A stretch of DNA of 62,447 bases from a bacterium (GTDB lineage: Bacteria > UBP6 > JAFGXH01). The notes below the pieces were generated by a model. It did not search any database, had not been told where the DNA came from, and saw only the letters and a list, made by a program, of their open reading frames with translations. Both the position numbers and the translations under genes were made by a program. Position 1 is the stretch's first letter. Every line of letters begins with the position of its first letter. Below, one piece after another: positions 39,513-49,844 of this stretch. The DNA is taken from NCBI GenBank assembly GCA_016936735.1, contig JAFGXH010000116.1, forward strand, positions 1 to 62,447, written 5' to 3'.

Positions 39513-40544
39513 ATGATTAAGGGATGGGACCGTAAGTCTCTTGAAAAACCATCAAAAATTGAGTACGATAAAAAGTATGAAAAAAGCCAGTTTTATGGGA
39601 AATTTGTTTATGGACCTTTAGAAAGAGGCTATGGTATTACTATTGGAAATGCTTTACGTAGAGTGTTACTCTCTTCTTTAAGAGGAAATGCTGTATCAGC
39701 TCTTAAAATAGAGGGAGCTTTACATGAGTTCTCAACACTGAATGGTGTAAGAGAGGATGTAATGTCTATTACTCTCAACTTAAAAGAGGTTCGTTTTGAT
39801 TATAATGGAGAACGTCCTCTTATCTTCTCATTAGTAGTAGAGGGGTATCCTGATAGAGAGCGAATTGTTCGTGCAGGGGATATATCTATTCCCTCCCAAG
39901 TAACAATCATTAATCCAGAGAAAGTTATAGCAACACTTGCACCTGAAGGACGCTTAAATATGGAGCTTTACCTAACATCAGGAGTAGGTTATGTTCCTGC
40001 AGATGAAAATCCAGCTAATGAGGATCTATTTGATTCTACATTTATGCCGATTGATGCTGTTTATACACCAATAAAAAAAATCAACTACAAAGTTAGAAAT
40101 GCCAGAAAAGGTAAACATACAGACTATGATAAGTTGGAATTAGAGGTGTGGACTGATGGAACAATATATCCTGTTGATGCTGTTGGGGTTTCAGCAAGAA
40201 TATTAAAAGAGTTTCTTACTCCATTTATCAACTTTGAAGAGGTTGAAGAGGATATTGTTATTGATCTTCAACCAGAAGAGAAAAAAGAGGTTGAGACTAA
40301 TGAAAACCTCTATAAATCTGTTGATGAATTGGAGTTATCTGTTCGTTCTGCTAACTGCCTTAAGAAAGCAAATATTCGTTTTATTGGTGAGTTAGTTCAA
40401 AAAACAGAGCCAGAATTACTTAAAACAAAGAATTTTGGTAGAAAATCCTTAAAAGAGATTAAAGAGATTGTTTTAGACCTTGGTCTTGAGCTTGGAAAAG
40501 ATTATGGTTTTAAACTTGAAGATGTAGATAAACATAAAAAATAG
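39513..40544 (+). CDS. rpoA: DNA-directed RNA polymerase alpha subunit. It directly follows rpsK; no rpsD lies between them.
   Basis: [24 protein letters not shown]-terminal alpha-[16 protein letters not shown]. Confidence 0.93.
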   Translation: MIKGWDRKSLEKPSKIEYDKKYEKSQFYGKFVYGPLERGYGITIGNALRRVLLSSLRGNAVSALKIEGALHEFSTLNGVREDVMSITLNLKEVRFDYNGERPLIFSLVVEGYPDRERIVRAGDISIPSQVTIINPEKVIATLAPEGRLNMELYLTSGVGYVPADENPANEDLFDSTFMPIDAVYTPIKKINYKVRNARKGKHTDYDKLELEVWTDGTIYPVDAVGVSARILKEFLTPFINFEEVEEDIVIDLQPEEKKEVETNENLYKSVDELELSVRSANCLKKANIRFIGELVQKTEPELLKTKNFGRKSLKEIKEIVLDLGLELGKDYGFKLEDVDKHKK

Positions 40545-40558
40545 GTTGAGGTGAATAA

Positions 40559-40990
40559 ATGAGACATTTACTTAAGGGAAGGAAATTAAATAGAGTATCT
40601 TCTCACCGTAAAGCGATGTTGAAAAATATGCTTGCTTCTTTAATTAAACATGAGTCAATTCACACAACAGATGCAAAAGCAAAAGAGCTTCGTCGCATTA
40701 TTGATCGTGTCATTACTTATGCTAAAAAAAATACAGATGCAACAGTTAGACAAGCAAAAAAACTTGTTGAAGATAAAGTTGCTTTCAGAAAACTTTTTAC
40801 TGAATTTCCTAAACGCTTTGAAGATAGAGTTTCTGGATATACACGTATTTTAAAATATAAAAATCGTAAAGGTGATAATGCTCCAATCTCAATAATTGAA
40901 TTTGTTGATGTTGTACGTCCTGTTCCTGTTCAAGAAAAAGTTGAAGAGAATACAACAGAGAGCACTATAGCAGAGAATACAGAAGCATAA
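40559..40990 (+). CDS. rplQ: 50S ribosomal protein L17.
   Basis: MRHLLKGRKLNRVSSHRKAMLKNM. Confidence 0.93.
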   Translation: MRHLLKGRKLNRVSSHRKAMLKNMLASLIKHESIHTTDAKAKELRRIIDRVITYAKKNTDATVRQAKKLVEDKVAFRKLFTEFPKRFEDRVSGYTRILKYKNRKGDNAPISIIEFVDVVRPVPVQEKVEENTTESTIAENTEA

Positions 40991-41013
40991 TTGTTTAAAT
41001 GAAAATATATCAG

Positions 41014-41045
41014 AAACGCAGAGGGAGACTTCTGCGTTTTTTTTT
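41014..41045 (+). terminator. Rho-independent terminator closing the alpha operon.
   Basis: 9-bp stem AAACGCAGA/TCTGCGTTT with 8-nt loop, then a T-run. Confidence 0.7.
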
Positions 41046-41073
41046 ATCCAAAATTTAATATTTTGAGTTGTGA

Positions 41074-42006
41074 ATGCAAAATTCAATCGTTGTGATAAGT
41101 GGAGCTACAGCCTCTGGGAAAACCTCTTTAGCAGTTGATTTAGCAATAAAATTTAATGGTGAAATTGTTAATGCAGACTCTGTAATATTTTATAAATATA
41201 TGAATATTGGCTCAGCAAAACCAAGAGAGTCTGAAAAAATGGGAATTCAACACTATCTTATCGATATTATTGAACCAGATCAACATTTTACAGCATTTGA
41301 TTTTAAAAAAATGGGTGATAAATCTATAGAATCAATTTTAAAAAAAGGAAAACTTCCTATTGTTGTAGGAGGATCTCCATTATATACAAAGGCTCTTTTA
41401 AAAGGTTTATTTGAATTACCTCCAATTCCAGAGAATATTATAAAATCAACAAAAGAGCTGATTGATTTTCATGGATTAGAGTGGGCTCATCAAGAGTTAT
41501 CAAAAATTGATATTGATGCTTCGAATAGAATCCATCCAAATGATAGATTAAGAGTAGAGAGAGCATTACAGGTTTACTATGCTTTTAATAAACCAATAAC
41601 AGAGTTACAAAATGAACACTCATTTAAAGAAAATCATTATAATTATATAAAACTATCTCCAAATATTAGTAGAGATACTCTTTATCAAAGAATAAATACT
41701 CGTGTTGATAAAATGATTGAGAATGGGTTGATAGAGGAGGTTATTGAGCTTAAAAAAATGGGGTATCATCCATCAAAACATAAATCAATGCAATCCATTG
41801 GTTATAAAGAGATTTTTATGTTTTTAGAAGGTGATTTATCTCTTTTTGACTCAATAGAGCTTATTAAAATAAATACTAGACATTTCGCAAAACGTCAACT
41901 CTCTTGGTTAAGAGGTGAATGTGATGTAAAATGGATTAATGAACCACTTCTAAAAAATGCAGAAATAGATGTTTTAAAATTTTTTGAAACAATTAAATAT
42001 CCCTAA
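41074..42006 (+). CDS. miaA: tRNA dimethylallyltransferase.
   Basis: VISGATASGKTSLAVDLA P-loop. MiaA layout. Confidence 0.85.
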   Translation: MQNSIVVISGATASGKTSLAVDLAIKFNGEIVNADSVIFYKYMNIGSAKPRESEKMGIQHYLIDIIEPDQHFTAFDFKKMGDKSIESILKKGKLPIVVGGSPLYTKALLKGLFELPPIPENIIKSTKELIDFHGLEWAHQELSKIDIDASNRIHPNDRLRVERALQVYYAFNKPITELQNEHSFKENHYNYIKLSPNISRDTLYQRINTRVDKMIENGLIEEVIELKKMGYHPSKHKSMQSIGYKEIFMFLEGDLSLFDSIELIKINTRHFAKRQLSWLRGECDVKWINEPLLKNAEIDVLKFFETIKYP

Positions 42007-42025
42007 TTTTTTAAGCAAAACTCTT

Positions 42026-42670
42026 TTAGACTCCTTTTGTATCAGGATTCCATATAACCTTATGAATTTGGATTTGAACTCTTGTATTTGGTATTGAATT
42101 ACTAAGAATTTTTTCTACTAAAACTTGAGGATTTAAAACCCCTAATACTGGAGAAAATAGTATATGGGCCTTTTTGTATAATTCATACTTTTTACAAAAA
42201 TCAATAGACCAATCGATATCAGCCTCAGTTTGACAAACAAATTTAACCTCATCACTAGATTTAAGCATTTCAATATTTGATAGAAGCATTAATTCACTCA
42301 TATTACTTGAGGGTGTTTTAATATCCATCACTATTTTTGCTTTAGATGGGATATTTTTTATTGATACTGCTCCAGATGTCTCAATTGATATAACTTTATT
42401 TAACTCTAATAATTTTTTTATGAGGGATATTATATCTTTTTGTTCAAGTGGTTCTCCCCCTGTAAGACATATATAATCGGTTTTAAAAGAGGCTATTTTT
42501 TCAATTATCTCATCAATAGTTAAACTTTCCCCTTCAAAAAAGGCATATTGAGTATCACAATAGGAGCATCGAAGAGAACAACCTGTAAATCTAATAAATA
42601 TAGTTGGAATTCCAATATATGTTGATTCTCCCTGAATTGAGTAGAAAATCTCATTAACTTGAAATCTCAT
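42026..42670 (-). CDS. queE: 7-carboxy-7-deazaguanine synthase (radical SAM).
   Basis: EIFYSIQGES... CSLRCSYCDT cluster motif. Confidence 0.8.
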   Translation of the reverse strand: MRFQVNEIFYSIQGESTYIGIPTIFIRFTGCSLRCSYCDTQYAFFEGESLTIDEIIEKIASFKTDYICLTGGEPLEQKDIISLIKKLLELNKVISIETSGAVSIKNIPSKAKIVMDIKTPSSNMSELMLLSNIEMLKSSDEVKFVCQTEADIDWSIDFCKKYELYKKAHILFSPVLGVLNPQVLVEKILSNSIPNTRVQIQIHKVIWNPDTKGV

Positions 42671-42677
42671 GAAACTT

Positions 42678-43103
42678 TTACTCCTCTAAATTTTTATATT
42701 GTTCTAAAAGAGCCTCTTCATCCTGTTCCGAATATTTTACTTTTGATAAAATATTATCTATTTTTGATGCTTTTGCAACAGTATTATCAAAAGTAAAAAG
42801 AATCTCAGGTATTTTTCTCATTAAATGAAGGGATGCAATCTGTTTCCTTAGTAATCCTGTTATATTTTTTAAGGCAATAGAGCTATCTTTCTCATTTTTT
42901 CCTTCAGGAAGAGAGTAGTATACTCTTAAAAAACTCAAATCTGGTGATAGTTTCATCTCAACAATCTCAAGCCCTTTTACTCTAAAATCACCAATTTCAT
43001 AGAGAAAAAACTCCTGAAATACTCTATATAACTCCTGCTTTATTTTTTCGGTTCTAACTGACACTATCTGCCTCCACAGAGATAAACAGTATCTGTTTAC
43101 CAT
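42678..43103 (-). CDS. rbfA: Ribosome-binding factor A-like protein.
   Basis: KH-like RbfA pattern VEMKLSPDLSFLRVYYSL...IPEILFTFDN. Confidence 0.6.
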   Translation of the reverse strand: MVNRYCLSLWRQIVSVRTEKIKQELYRVFQEFFLYEIGDFRVKGLEIVEMKLSPDLSFLRVYYSLPEGKNEKDSSIALKNITGLLRKQIASLHLMRKIPEILFTFDNTVAKASKIDNILSKVKYSEQDEEALLEQYKNLEE

Positions 43104-43185
43104 ATTTTTTTTAAAATATAAACAAAAAAATTATAATACTTAAGTGTTATTTGTAGGAAAATATTTTTAGCTTAATAAATCTATT

Positions 43186-44448
43186 TTATTTATTATATTC
43201 AGATAAAATATAGATAAATCTATCCAAATTATATGTTTTTGCAAATTGAAGAGCTGTTTTATTTTCAAAAGTTATATTATCTATTGCCCCTTTTTCTAAA
43301 AGATATCTTAATATATCAGTATTATTACTATTTATGGTATAAATTAATGGAGGTTTTCCAAAAAAATCTTTTTTATTAAGAAGTTCTGGAAAAAGATTAT
43401 AAAAGTAATCAACTTTTTCTAAATCTCCACTTGAAACAGCAAGAGTTAAATAGTTTTCACCAAGTAAACCCTTATCTTCAAATTTAAACCATTTTTTAGG
43501 TAAAGTTTTTATAATACTAATCTCTAAATATCGTGCAATATGAAAAGAGAATGATTCATTACTATTTGAACCTTTTTCTAATATTTTATCTCCCAATTTA
43601 TCAATAAAAAACATAAATATTTTTTTATTAAAAACAGAATAATACAAAGCATTCATTCCTGCATCATTATTAATATCCTCTCCACCATATTTTAACAATA
43701 GTTTAACAATATCTAATTTTCCAAGTTGAACAGCCTTTAAAATTGGAATCTCTCCTGAAAGCCCCTTTTGGAGAGGATCTGCATTAAAAGAGAGAAGTAG
43801 TTCTACTACTCTTATATCTCCTTTAAACATAATCGAGTAGTTTAATTGTGTTTCTCCAGTTGTATCTTTTAGATTCGGATTCATACTATTTTTTAAAAGA
43901 TACTCAATTATCTCTAAATTTCCATTTTGAAGAGCTACAGAAAGTGGATTTCTACCATTTTTCGGTATTTTTTTTATACTAAAACCTTTTTTTAGCAATT
44001 TTTGAACAGTTGTAACTCTATTTTTTAAAATAGCCAATGATAATATATCAACACCATCTTCATTCCAAGTTAGTGGTGCATCACTATCAATAAGTTGTTC
44101 TGCAATATCATAATTATCATAAGTAAGAGCATAATAGACCCATAGAGGATTTTTTTTCTTACATCTATTTAATAAAATTTTGGATACATCTTTTTTTTTT
44201 GATTCAAGTGAGATTAAAAATGAGTCTAATCCTCTTCTATTTTTTAAACATGGATCAGCACCATTCTCCAATAAATAGTTAAGTATATCTATCTCATTAT
44301 AGTGAGCCGCATACATAAGTGGAGTCATTTTGTTTTCATCATAAATATTCCAATTTTTAATTGGTTGTTTTTTTAATTCATCTAAATTACCATCTTTTAT
44401 AAGGTTTAGCCAAAACAGAAATAGTACCCACATAGTAATACCTAGCAA
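43186..44448 (-). CDS. Ankyrin-repeat protein with an N-terminal hydrophobic segment.
   Basis: About 9 repeats of the ANK type (TPLMYAAHYNEIDILNYLLENGADP...; NPLSVALQNGNLEIIEYLLKN...). Confidence 0.75.
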   Translation of the reverse strand: MLGITMWVLFLFWLNLIKDGNLDELKKQPIKNWNIYDENKMTPLMYAAHYNEIDILNYLLENGADPCLKNRRGLDSFLISLESKKKDVSKILLNRCKKKNPLWVYYALTYDNYDIAEQLIDSDAPLTWNEDGVDILSLAILKNRVTTVQKLLKKGFSIKKIPKNGRNPLSVALQNGNLEIIEYLLKNSMNPNLKDTTGETQLNYSIMFKGDIRVVELLLSFNADPLQKGLSGEIPILKAVQLGKLDIVKLLLKYGGEDINNDAGMNALYYSVFNKKIFMFFIDKLGDKILEKGSNSNESFSFHIARYLEISIIKTLPKKWFKFEDKGLLGENYLTLAVSSGDLEKVDYFYNLFPELLNKKDFFGKPPLIYTINSNNTDILRYLLEKGAIDNITFENKTALQFAKTYNLDRFIYILSEYNK

Positions 44449-44535
44449 TAACTAGAAAATAATATAAAATATAGTGAAAAAAATCAATCTCTAATATTAA
44501 AACACTCTATTTTTAACTACAAGTAAACTCTATAG

Positions 44536-44564
44536 TTGACATTTATTTTATTAACATATAGAAT
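44536..44564 (+). promoter_or_regulatory. Candidate sigma70 promoter.
   Basis: Perfect TTGACA, 17-nt spacer, TAGAAT. About 25 nt upstream of the ATG at 44589. Confidence 0.4.
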
Positions 44565-44588
44565 TATTTCTTGTTTTTTAGGATTTTA

Positions 44589-45683
44589 ATGGTAAATACT
44601 TTATTTATAGGAAAATCACCATCACCTCCTTGGAACGACTCAGCAAAAAATATTCAGAAGGTTTTATTAGAAAATCTGAAAGAGTATTATATCGAATATT
44701 TAACAGATGGTTCTTATTTATATTCAGGTAAAAGAAAAGGACGTATTGTATATAAAAAAACTTCATCTTATTCATTATCACAAAAAGAGCAGATAAGACT
44801 TTTTTTTAATCTTTTAAAACCAGATTTTCATATTGATTTATATCACTATTTTTTCTCTCCAAATATAAAATCATCTCTTGCTGCAAGATTTTTAAAATTA
44901 ATAAAACCAAAAAAAATAATCCAATCAGTTTTATCTATGCCAAAGGAGATAAATGACATTCATACTCTATTTTTTGGTGACCAAATAGTTACAATGAGTA
45001 ATACATCACAAAAAAAATTAGAGTATTTAGGTGTAAGTAATGTTTCAACAATTTATCCAGGAATAAATATTCCATTAATCAACAAAGATGAGATTTCTCA
45101 TGCTAAACATAATTTTCATTTTAGCTCTGATAAAACGGTTGTTCTTTATGCAGGGGATTATACTCCAGAGATATACAATATTGCAGATTTAGCAAAAGAG
45201 TTAAAACATGAGGGCAAAGATTTTTTGTTTGTTTTTGCAATTAGATTAAAAAATAGTTACTCAATTGAAGAGGATAGAGCATTTCGATGGTATGTTTCAG
45301 GAAAATTGGGTCTATTTCAAGATTCAATAAGAGTCTACAATGAATTAGAGAATTTTTCTCAACTTTTAGCAGCCTCTGACATTATGATTTTTACCCAACA
45401 GGATTTATATGCAAAAATGGATCTACCTTTAGTGATATTAGAGGCAATGTCAATGAAAAAAATGGTTATAATTCCTAAAAATAGTATGTTGTTAGAGATG
45501 AATATTGATAAAAATCTTGTTGTATCAAATACTATTTATGAGATTAAAGATGCCCTACTATCTCTTTCAAAAGAGAAAAAAGGGGATATTGGATTAAGAA
45601 ATTATCAAATAGTTAAAAAATATTTTGAAGCATCTGTAATGGCAAAAGGGTATGAAAAGCTTTATTCTACTGTTGAGTGCTAA
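44589..45683 (+). CDS. Glycosyltransferase, GT1/GT4-like C-terminal domain.
   Basis: EAMSMKKMVIIPKN (E-x7-E-like GT4 motif region). Start moved to the ATG at 44589, which is preceded by AGGA. Confidence 0.5.
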   Translation: MVNTLFIGKSPSPPWNDSAKNIQKVLLENLKEYYIEYLTDGSYLYSGKRKGRIVYKKTSSYSLSQKEQIRLFFNLLKPDFHIDLYHYFFSPNIKSSLAARFLKLIKPKKIIQSVLSMPKEINDIHTLFFGDQIVTMSNTSQKKLEYLGVSNVSTIYPGINIPLINKDEISHAKHNFHFSSDKTVVLYAGDYTPEIYNIADLAKELKHEGKDFLFVFAIRLKNSYSIEEDRAFRWYVSGKLGLFQDSIRVYNELENFSQLLAASDIMIFTQQDLYAKMDLPLVILEAMSMKKMVIIPKNSMLLEMNIDKNLVVSNTIYEIKDALLSLSKEKKGDIGLRNYQIVKKYFEASVMAKGYEKLYSTVEC

Positions 45684-45685
45684 AA

Positions 45686-46138
45686 CTACTCAGACTCTAT
45701 AAGAGCATTATATAAATCATCTACCGTTTGAGATTCAAGAAGTTTATTAAAAGAGGAGCTATTTTGAAGCATTCTAGAGAGATTTGATAATACTCTAAAA
45801 TATGAGGCTTGTGATTTAGAGGATGCCACAATAACAAAAAATAGATTTACTGGTTTTCCATCAATAGAATCAAAATTAATTCCCTCTTTTGAGAGAGCAA
45901 CAAGTATAGATATGTTATCATAGATATCTGTTTTGCAATGAGGAATTGCAACACCATGACCAATACCTGTTGAGCCAAGTGACTCTCTATCAAGCAAAAT
46001 TTTATGTAGTTTTGATGAATCAACATCTATTTTTTTCCCAATTTGTTCAGCAAACTCTAACAAAAGTCCCTTTTTATCGGAGTTTTTAGGATTTAACAGA
46101 ATTAGCTCTCTACTAAGATATTTTTTGTATTCCATCAT
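45686..46138 (-). CDS. ptsN: PTS EIIA(Ntr)-type nitrogen regulatory protein.
   Basis: HGVAIPHCK active-site His region. Position after rpoN-hpf. Confidence 0.75.
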   Translation of the reverse strand: MMEYKKYLSRELILLNPKNSDKKGLLLEFAEQIGKKIDVDSSKLHKILLDRESLGSTGIGHGVAIPHCKTDIYDNISILVALSKEGINFDSIDGKPVNLFFVIVASSKSQASYFRVLSNLSRMLQNSSSFNKLLESQTVDDLYNALIESE

Positions 46139-46144
46139 AAGATA

Positions 46145-46714
46145 TTAAACCTCAATTAATGCATAATTACCATCTTTTCTAAGATGTAGAATGCTGATTT
46201 GATTACTAGCTTTATTTGTGAATACAAGAAAATCCTGTTTTTGAAACTCAAGCTTCATAACAGCCTCTTCAACTGTAAGATATTCAGCTGCAACATTCTC
46301 TGTTTTTATAATAGTTGGTGTAAGAGAGGCATGTTCATCTAACTCCTCATCTGCTTGAGAGTCTTCATAAAAAGATTCAGGTGCATACACATTTAGTTTT
46401 GCCATTTTAGAAGGGGTTGTATTACTAAATTCTCTGAGTTTTTGACGATGTTTTTTTATTTGACGCTCAAGTTTAGCAATAACCAAGTCAATAGAGGCAT
46501 ACATATTATCACTCTGTTCTTCTCCCTGAATATTAATACCAGTATTTGAAGAGATATTAACAGATGCTAAATGGTGATTTTTATGAGCCTCTAGAATTAC
46601 ATCAGCTTCAAATGATGAATTTAAATATTTTTGAAGCTTACCAACTTTTTTAACTGCATACTCTTTTAAAGCATCTGAAGAGTCTGTTTTTCTAAATGTT
46701 ACTGATATTTGCAT
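46145..46714 (-). CDS. hpf: Ribosome hibernation promoting factor (long form).
   Basis: MQISVTFRKTDSSDALKEYAVKKVGKLQKY. 189 aa with a C-terminal domain. Confidence 0.8.
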   Translation of the reverse strand: MQISVTFRKTDSSDALKEYAVKKVGKLQKYLNSSFEADVILEAHKNHHLASVNISSNTGINIQGEEQSDNMYASIDLVIAKLERQIKKHRQKLREFSNTTPSKMAKLNVYAPESFYEDSQADEELDEHASLTPTIIKTENVAAEYLTVEEAVMKLEFQKQDFLVFTNKASNQISILHLRKDGNYALIEV

Positions 46715-46723
46715 ATAAACTCC

Positions 46724-48214
46724 TTATAAAAATGAAGAAATATCCTTTCTTTTACTCGATGATGGTATACCTAACTCCTTTCTATAGTTTGCAACAGTTC
46801 TTCTTGTTAGTCCATTAATACCATATTCACTATTTAATATCTCCATTATTTTTTCATCAGACAATGGCTTATTAATATCTTCACCCTTAACAATAATTTT
46901 TATTACCTCTTTCACTTTTTTAGTTGAGATTGAATCTCCCTCTTTTGTTGAAACACCAGAGGAGAAAAAATCCTTAAAAGGGATAATTTTAAAATCTGTT
47001 AAAATATATTTATTTGATGTAGATCTACTAACAGTAGATTCATCAAGATTAACATATTCAGCAATATCTTTTAAAATAATTGGCTCAAGATAGTATGGAT
47101 CACAACCATTTTCAAAAAAACTCTCTTGAAAATGAAGAATAGCCTCTGCAATTTTCTTTATTGTACTAGTTCTTTGATCAATTGAGCTAATAAGCATGTT
47201 TGCTTTACTTAATTGATTTTCAATAAACTCTTTATCCTGTTTACCATTTTTTCCTGAAAAACTATCTGTTTTTAATATATTTTCATAATCTTTTCTTATT
47301 TTTATTCTTGACCATGATGGTCTATTTTCAATAACAATAAATTTATCATCAATTTTTCTGATGATAACATCTGGTTCTATATAAACAGGTTCAGAGGGGA
47401 AAAAATTCCTTGCAGGATGAGGTTCTAATGATTGTATTTTTTCATAAAATTCAATAATATCAGTATCTTTGATATTATATTTATCTTTTATTTGCTGAAA
47501 TCGTCTCTCTGCCATATTTTTAAAATCATCTTTAATAATTTTAACCTCTATATCAGAAAATCCTTGTACTTCAGCCTGAATAGCAAGAGAATCGATACTA
47601 TTTTCAGTTCCACAACCAACTGGATCAAAATTTCTTTGAATCTCATAAAGAATATCTTGAACATCCTCTTTATCTATTTTCTCATCTCCATAATCTCTGT
47701 TAATTTTGTTTACAATATAATCAAAAACAGAAAAATCCTCATTTATCAACTCTAAAAAACCATTTGTATTAATGTTTTCTATTATCAATGTTGCTATTTT
47801 TTGATCTATCTCAAAATCAAAATTGAGCCTTATTTGAGATAAAAGATACTCTTGAAGATTTTTTTCTCTTCCAGGCTGATTATCAAGAAAAGATATCTTA
47901 TCACTTGATAAATCATTATTTTTTCGTGGTTTTTTTGTTGATGTTCCATTATCAATACTATACTGATTCCACTCAAAATCCTTTGATGCTTTTGATATTT
48001 GATCATTAATTGATACTGTTGTATTATCATTACCCTGTTTTTTTGAGGATGAGTCTCTCATAAGTAGAGCATTTGATATAAGTTCAGACTCAATCTCCTC
48101 TTTTAACTCTTTTGTAGAGCATTCCAAAATTTTTATAGAGTGAAGCAGTTTTTGAGTCATAACTAGTTTTGTGGTTTGTATCTGTTTTGTAGTTTGTTCA
48201 TAACCTATATTCAT
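46724..48214 (-). CDS. rpoN: RNA polymerase sigma-54 factor.
   Basis: Region I Q/L-rich N-terminus. C-terminal RpoN box RRTVANYRKELGIPSS. Confidence 0.88.
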   Translation of the reverse strand: MNIGYEQTTKQIQTTKLVMTQKLLHSIKILECSTKELKEEIESELISNALLMRDSSSKKQGNDNTTVSINDQISKASKDFEWNQYSIDNGTSTKKPRKNNDLSSDKISFLDNQPGREKNLQEYLLSQIRLNFDFEIDQKIATLIIENINTNGFLELINEDFSVFDYIVNKINRDYGDEKIDKEDVQDILYEIQRNFDPVGCGTENSIDSLAIQAEVQGFSDIEVKIIKDDFKNMAERRFQQIKDKYNIKDTDIIEFYEKIQSLEPHPARNFFPSEPVYIEPDVIIRKIDDKFIVIENRPSWSRIKIRKDYENILKTDSFSGKNGKQDKEFIENQLSKANMLISSIDQRTSTIKKIAEAILHFQESFFENGCDPYYLEPIILKDIAEYVNLDESTVSRSTSNKYILTDFKIIPFKDFFSSGVSTKEGDSISTKKVKEVIKIIVKGEDINKPLSDEKIMEILNSEYGINGLTRRTVANYRKELGIPSSSKRKDISSFL

Positions 48215-48224
48215 ACAGACTCCA

Positions 48225-48593
48225 TCACTTTAAACGCTCCTCTGATTTAAAAAACCATTGATTGCTCTCTTTATCAAAAAACCAAAACTGTTTATATTGG
48301 TGCTGTTCTAATATTGTTGATGGAAGAATAAACTCATTTCTTTCAACAATACTCTCTGCATTATTATCCTTTTTATTATCAATAAAAATAATCTCAAAGG
48401 ATTCAATAGTTACATCTTTATTTTTCTCCTCAATACTCTTTAATAACTCCCAATCGGATGATTTTATATATTTCTTTAGATGTTTTACTCTTTTCCACTG
48501 TAAAAGATTATTATAATCCATAACCTCATTATTAGAGAGTAAAAACTGCTCTTCTGATGTTTTGCAAGCAGTAATTAAAAATATTGATAACAA
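48225..48593 (-). CDS. Small lipoprotein of unknown function upstream of rpoN.
   Basis: Lipobox LITAC. No recognisable motif. Confidence 0.35.
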   Translation of the reverse strand: MLSIFLITACKTSEEQFLLSNNEVMDYNNLLQWKRVKHLKKYIKSSDWELLKSIEEKNKDVTIESFEIIFIDNKKDNNAESIVERNEFILPSTILEQHQYKQFWFFDKESNQWFFKSEERLK

Positions 48594-48785
48594 TAATAGT
48601 AATATTTTAATATATCCCCCAAATATAAACTAACACACAACTATATGTTAACATACAATTCCAACTATTTCAATATTTTTATAACTCTTTGTTATGAAAG
48701 ATTACTTAAATATATTGATATTTTTTTTAATATTTGAGATTATTTAAATTTGTTTAGAGTTGTTTTATTTTAGGAGTTTGGTATT

Positions 48786-49844
48786 ATGAATAGAGATGAT
48801 TTGATAAGACTTTTGTCACTAAGTGATGAAGTTGAGATAGAGGAGCTTTTTAAAAAAGCATATCAAGTAAAACAGGAGTATGTTGGAAATAAGGTTTACT
48901 ATAGAGGAATTATTGAGTTTAGTAACTATTGTGTAAAAGATTGTTACTATTGTGGTATAAGAAAAAGTAATTCATCTGTTGAAAGATTTATAATGACAAA
49001 AGATGAGATTTTAGATGCTGCAAAATGGGCATATAATGAGAATTTTGGTTCAATAGTTTTGCAATCAGGAGAGCGTATTGATAAAAATTATATTGATTTT
49101 GTAACAGATGTTATAAAAGATATAAAAAAAATAGGAGATGGTTCATTAGGAATAACATTATCATTAGGAGAACAGACAGAAAATAGTTATAAACAGTGGT
49201 TTGATGCTGGAGCTCATAGATATCTTTTAAGAATAGAGACATCTAATAAAGAGTTATACAAAAAACTTCATCCAGAGGATCATCTATTTGAGGAGCGATT
49301 AAACTGTATAAAAACTCTTAAAAAATTGGGTTTTCAGACTGGAACAGGTGTGATGATAGCACTTCCAGAACAAACAATAGAGGATTTAGCTGATGATTTA
49401 ATATTTTTTAGAGAGATGGATATTGATATGATTGGTATGGGACCCTATGTTTTACATCATGAGACTCCTCTTTCAAAAAAAGTCAATCGTTTTGACTCAA
49501 GAAAACAGCTTTTATTGGGATTAAAAATGATTGCAGTTGCAAGAATATTTTTAAAAGATGTTAATATTGCTTCAACAACAGCTCTCCAAGCATTAGATCC
49601 ACTTGGAAGAGAGAAGGGATTACAGGCTGGAGCCAATATAATTATGCCAAATATAGGGGCTATCTCTTATAGAAAAGCCTATCAACTCTATGATAATAAA
49701 CCATGTCTTGATGAGAGTGCAGGAATTTGTAAAACCTGTCTTGAAGGGAGAGTTGAGGTTATTGGTGAAACTGTTGGATATGGAGAGTGGGGAGATTCTC
49801 CCCACTTTAAAAATCGCTCTTCAAACAATAATCAAAATGATTAA
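48786..49844 (+). CDS. hydE: [FeFe]-hydrogenase maturase HydE-like radical SAM protein.
   Basis: VYYRGIIEFSNYCVKDCYYCGIRKSN; NCIKTLKKLGFQTGTGVMIALPEQT; GANIIMPN. Closely parallels HydE as recalled. Confidence 0.65.
   Translation: MNRDDLIRLLSLSDEVEIEELFKKAYQVKQEYVGNKVYYRGIIEFSNYCVKDCYYCGIRKSNSSVERFIMTKDEILDAAKWAYNENFGSIVLQSGERIDKNYIDFVTDVIKDIKKIGDGSLGITLSLGEQTENSYKQWFDAGAHRYLLRIETSNKELYKKLHPEDHLFEERLNCIKTLKKLGFQTGTGVMIALPEQTIEDLADDLIFFREMDIDMIGMGPYVLHHETPLSKKVNRFDSRKQLLLGLKMIAVARIFLKDVNIASTTALQALDPLGREKGLQAGANIIMPNIGAISYRKAYQLYDNKPCLDESAGICKTCLEGRVEVIGETVGYGEWGDSPHFKNRSSNNNQND

Noticed and set aside
39513-40544. Possible rpsD (S4) after rpsK, as in many alpha operons.
   Set aside because: The 343-aa product has the RpoA N-terminal and alpha-CTD motifs. 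There is no S4 gene in the window.
47432-47755. 107-aa I/F-rich ORF antisense to rpoN.
   Set aside because: It lies wholly inside rpoN on the opposite strand and is a low-complexity AT-rich translation.
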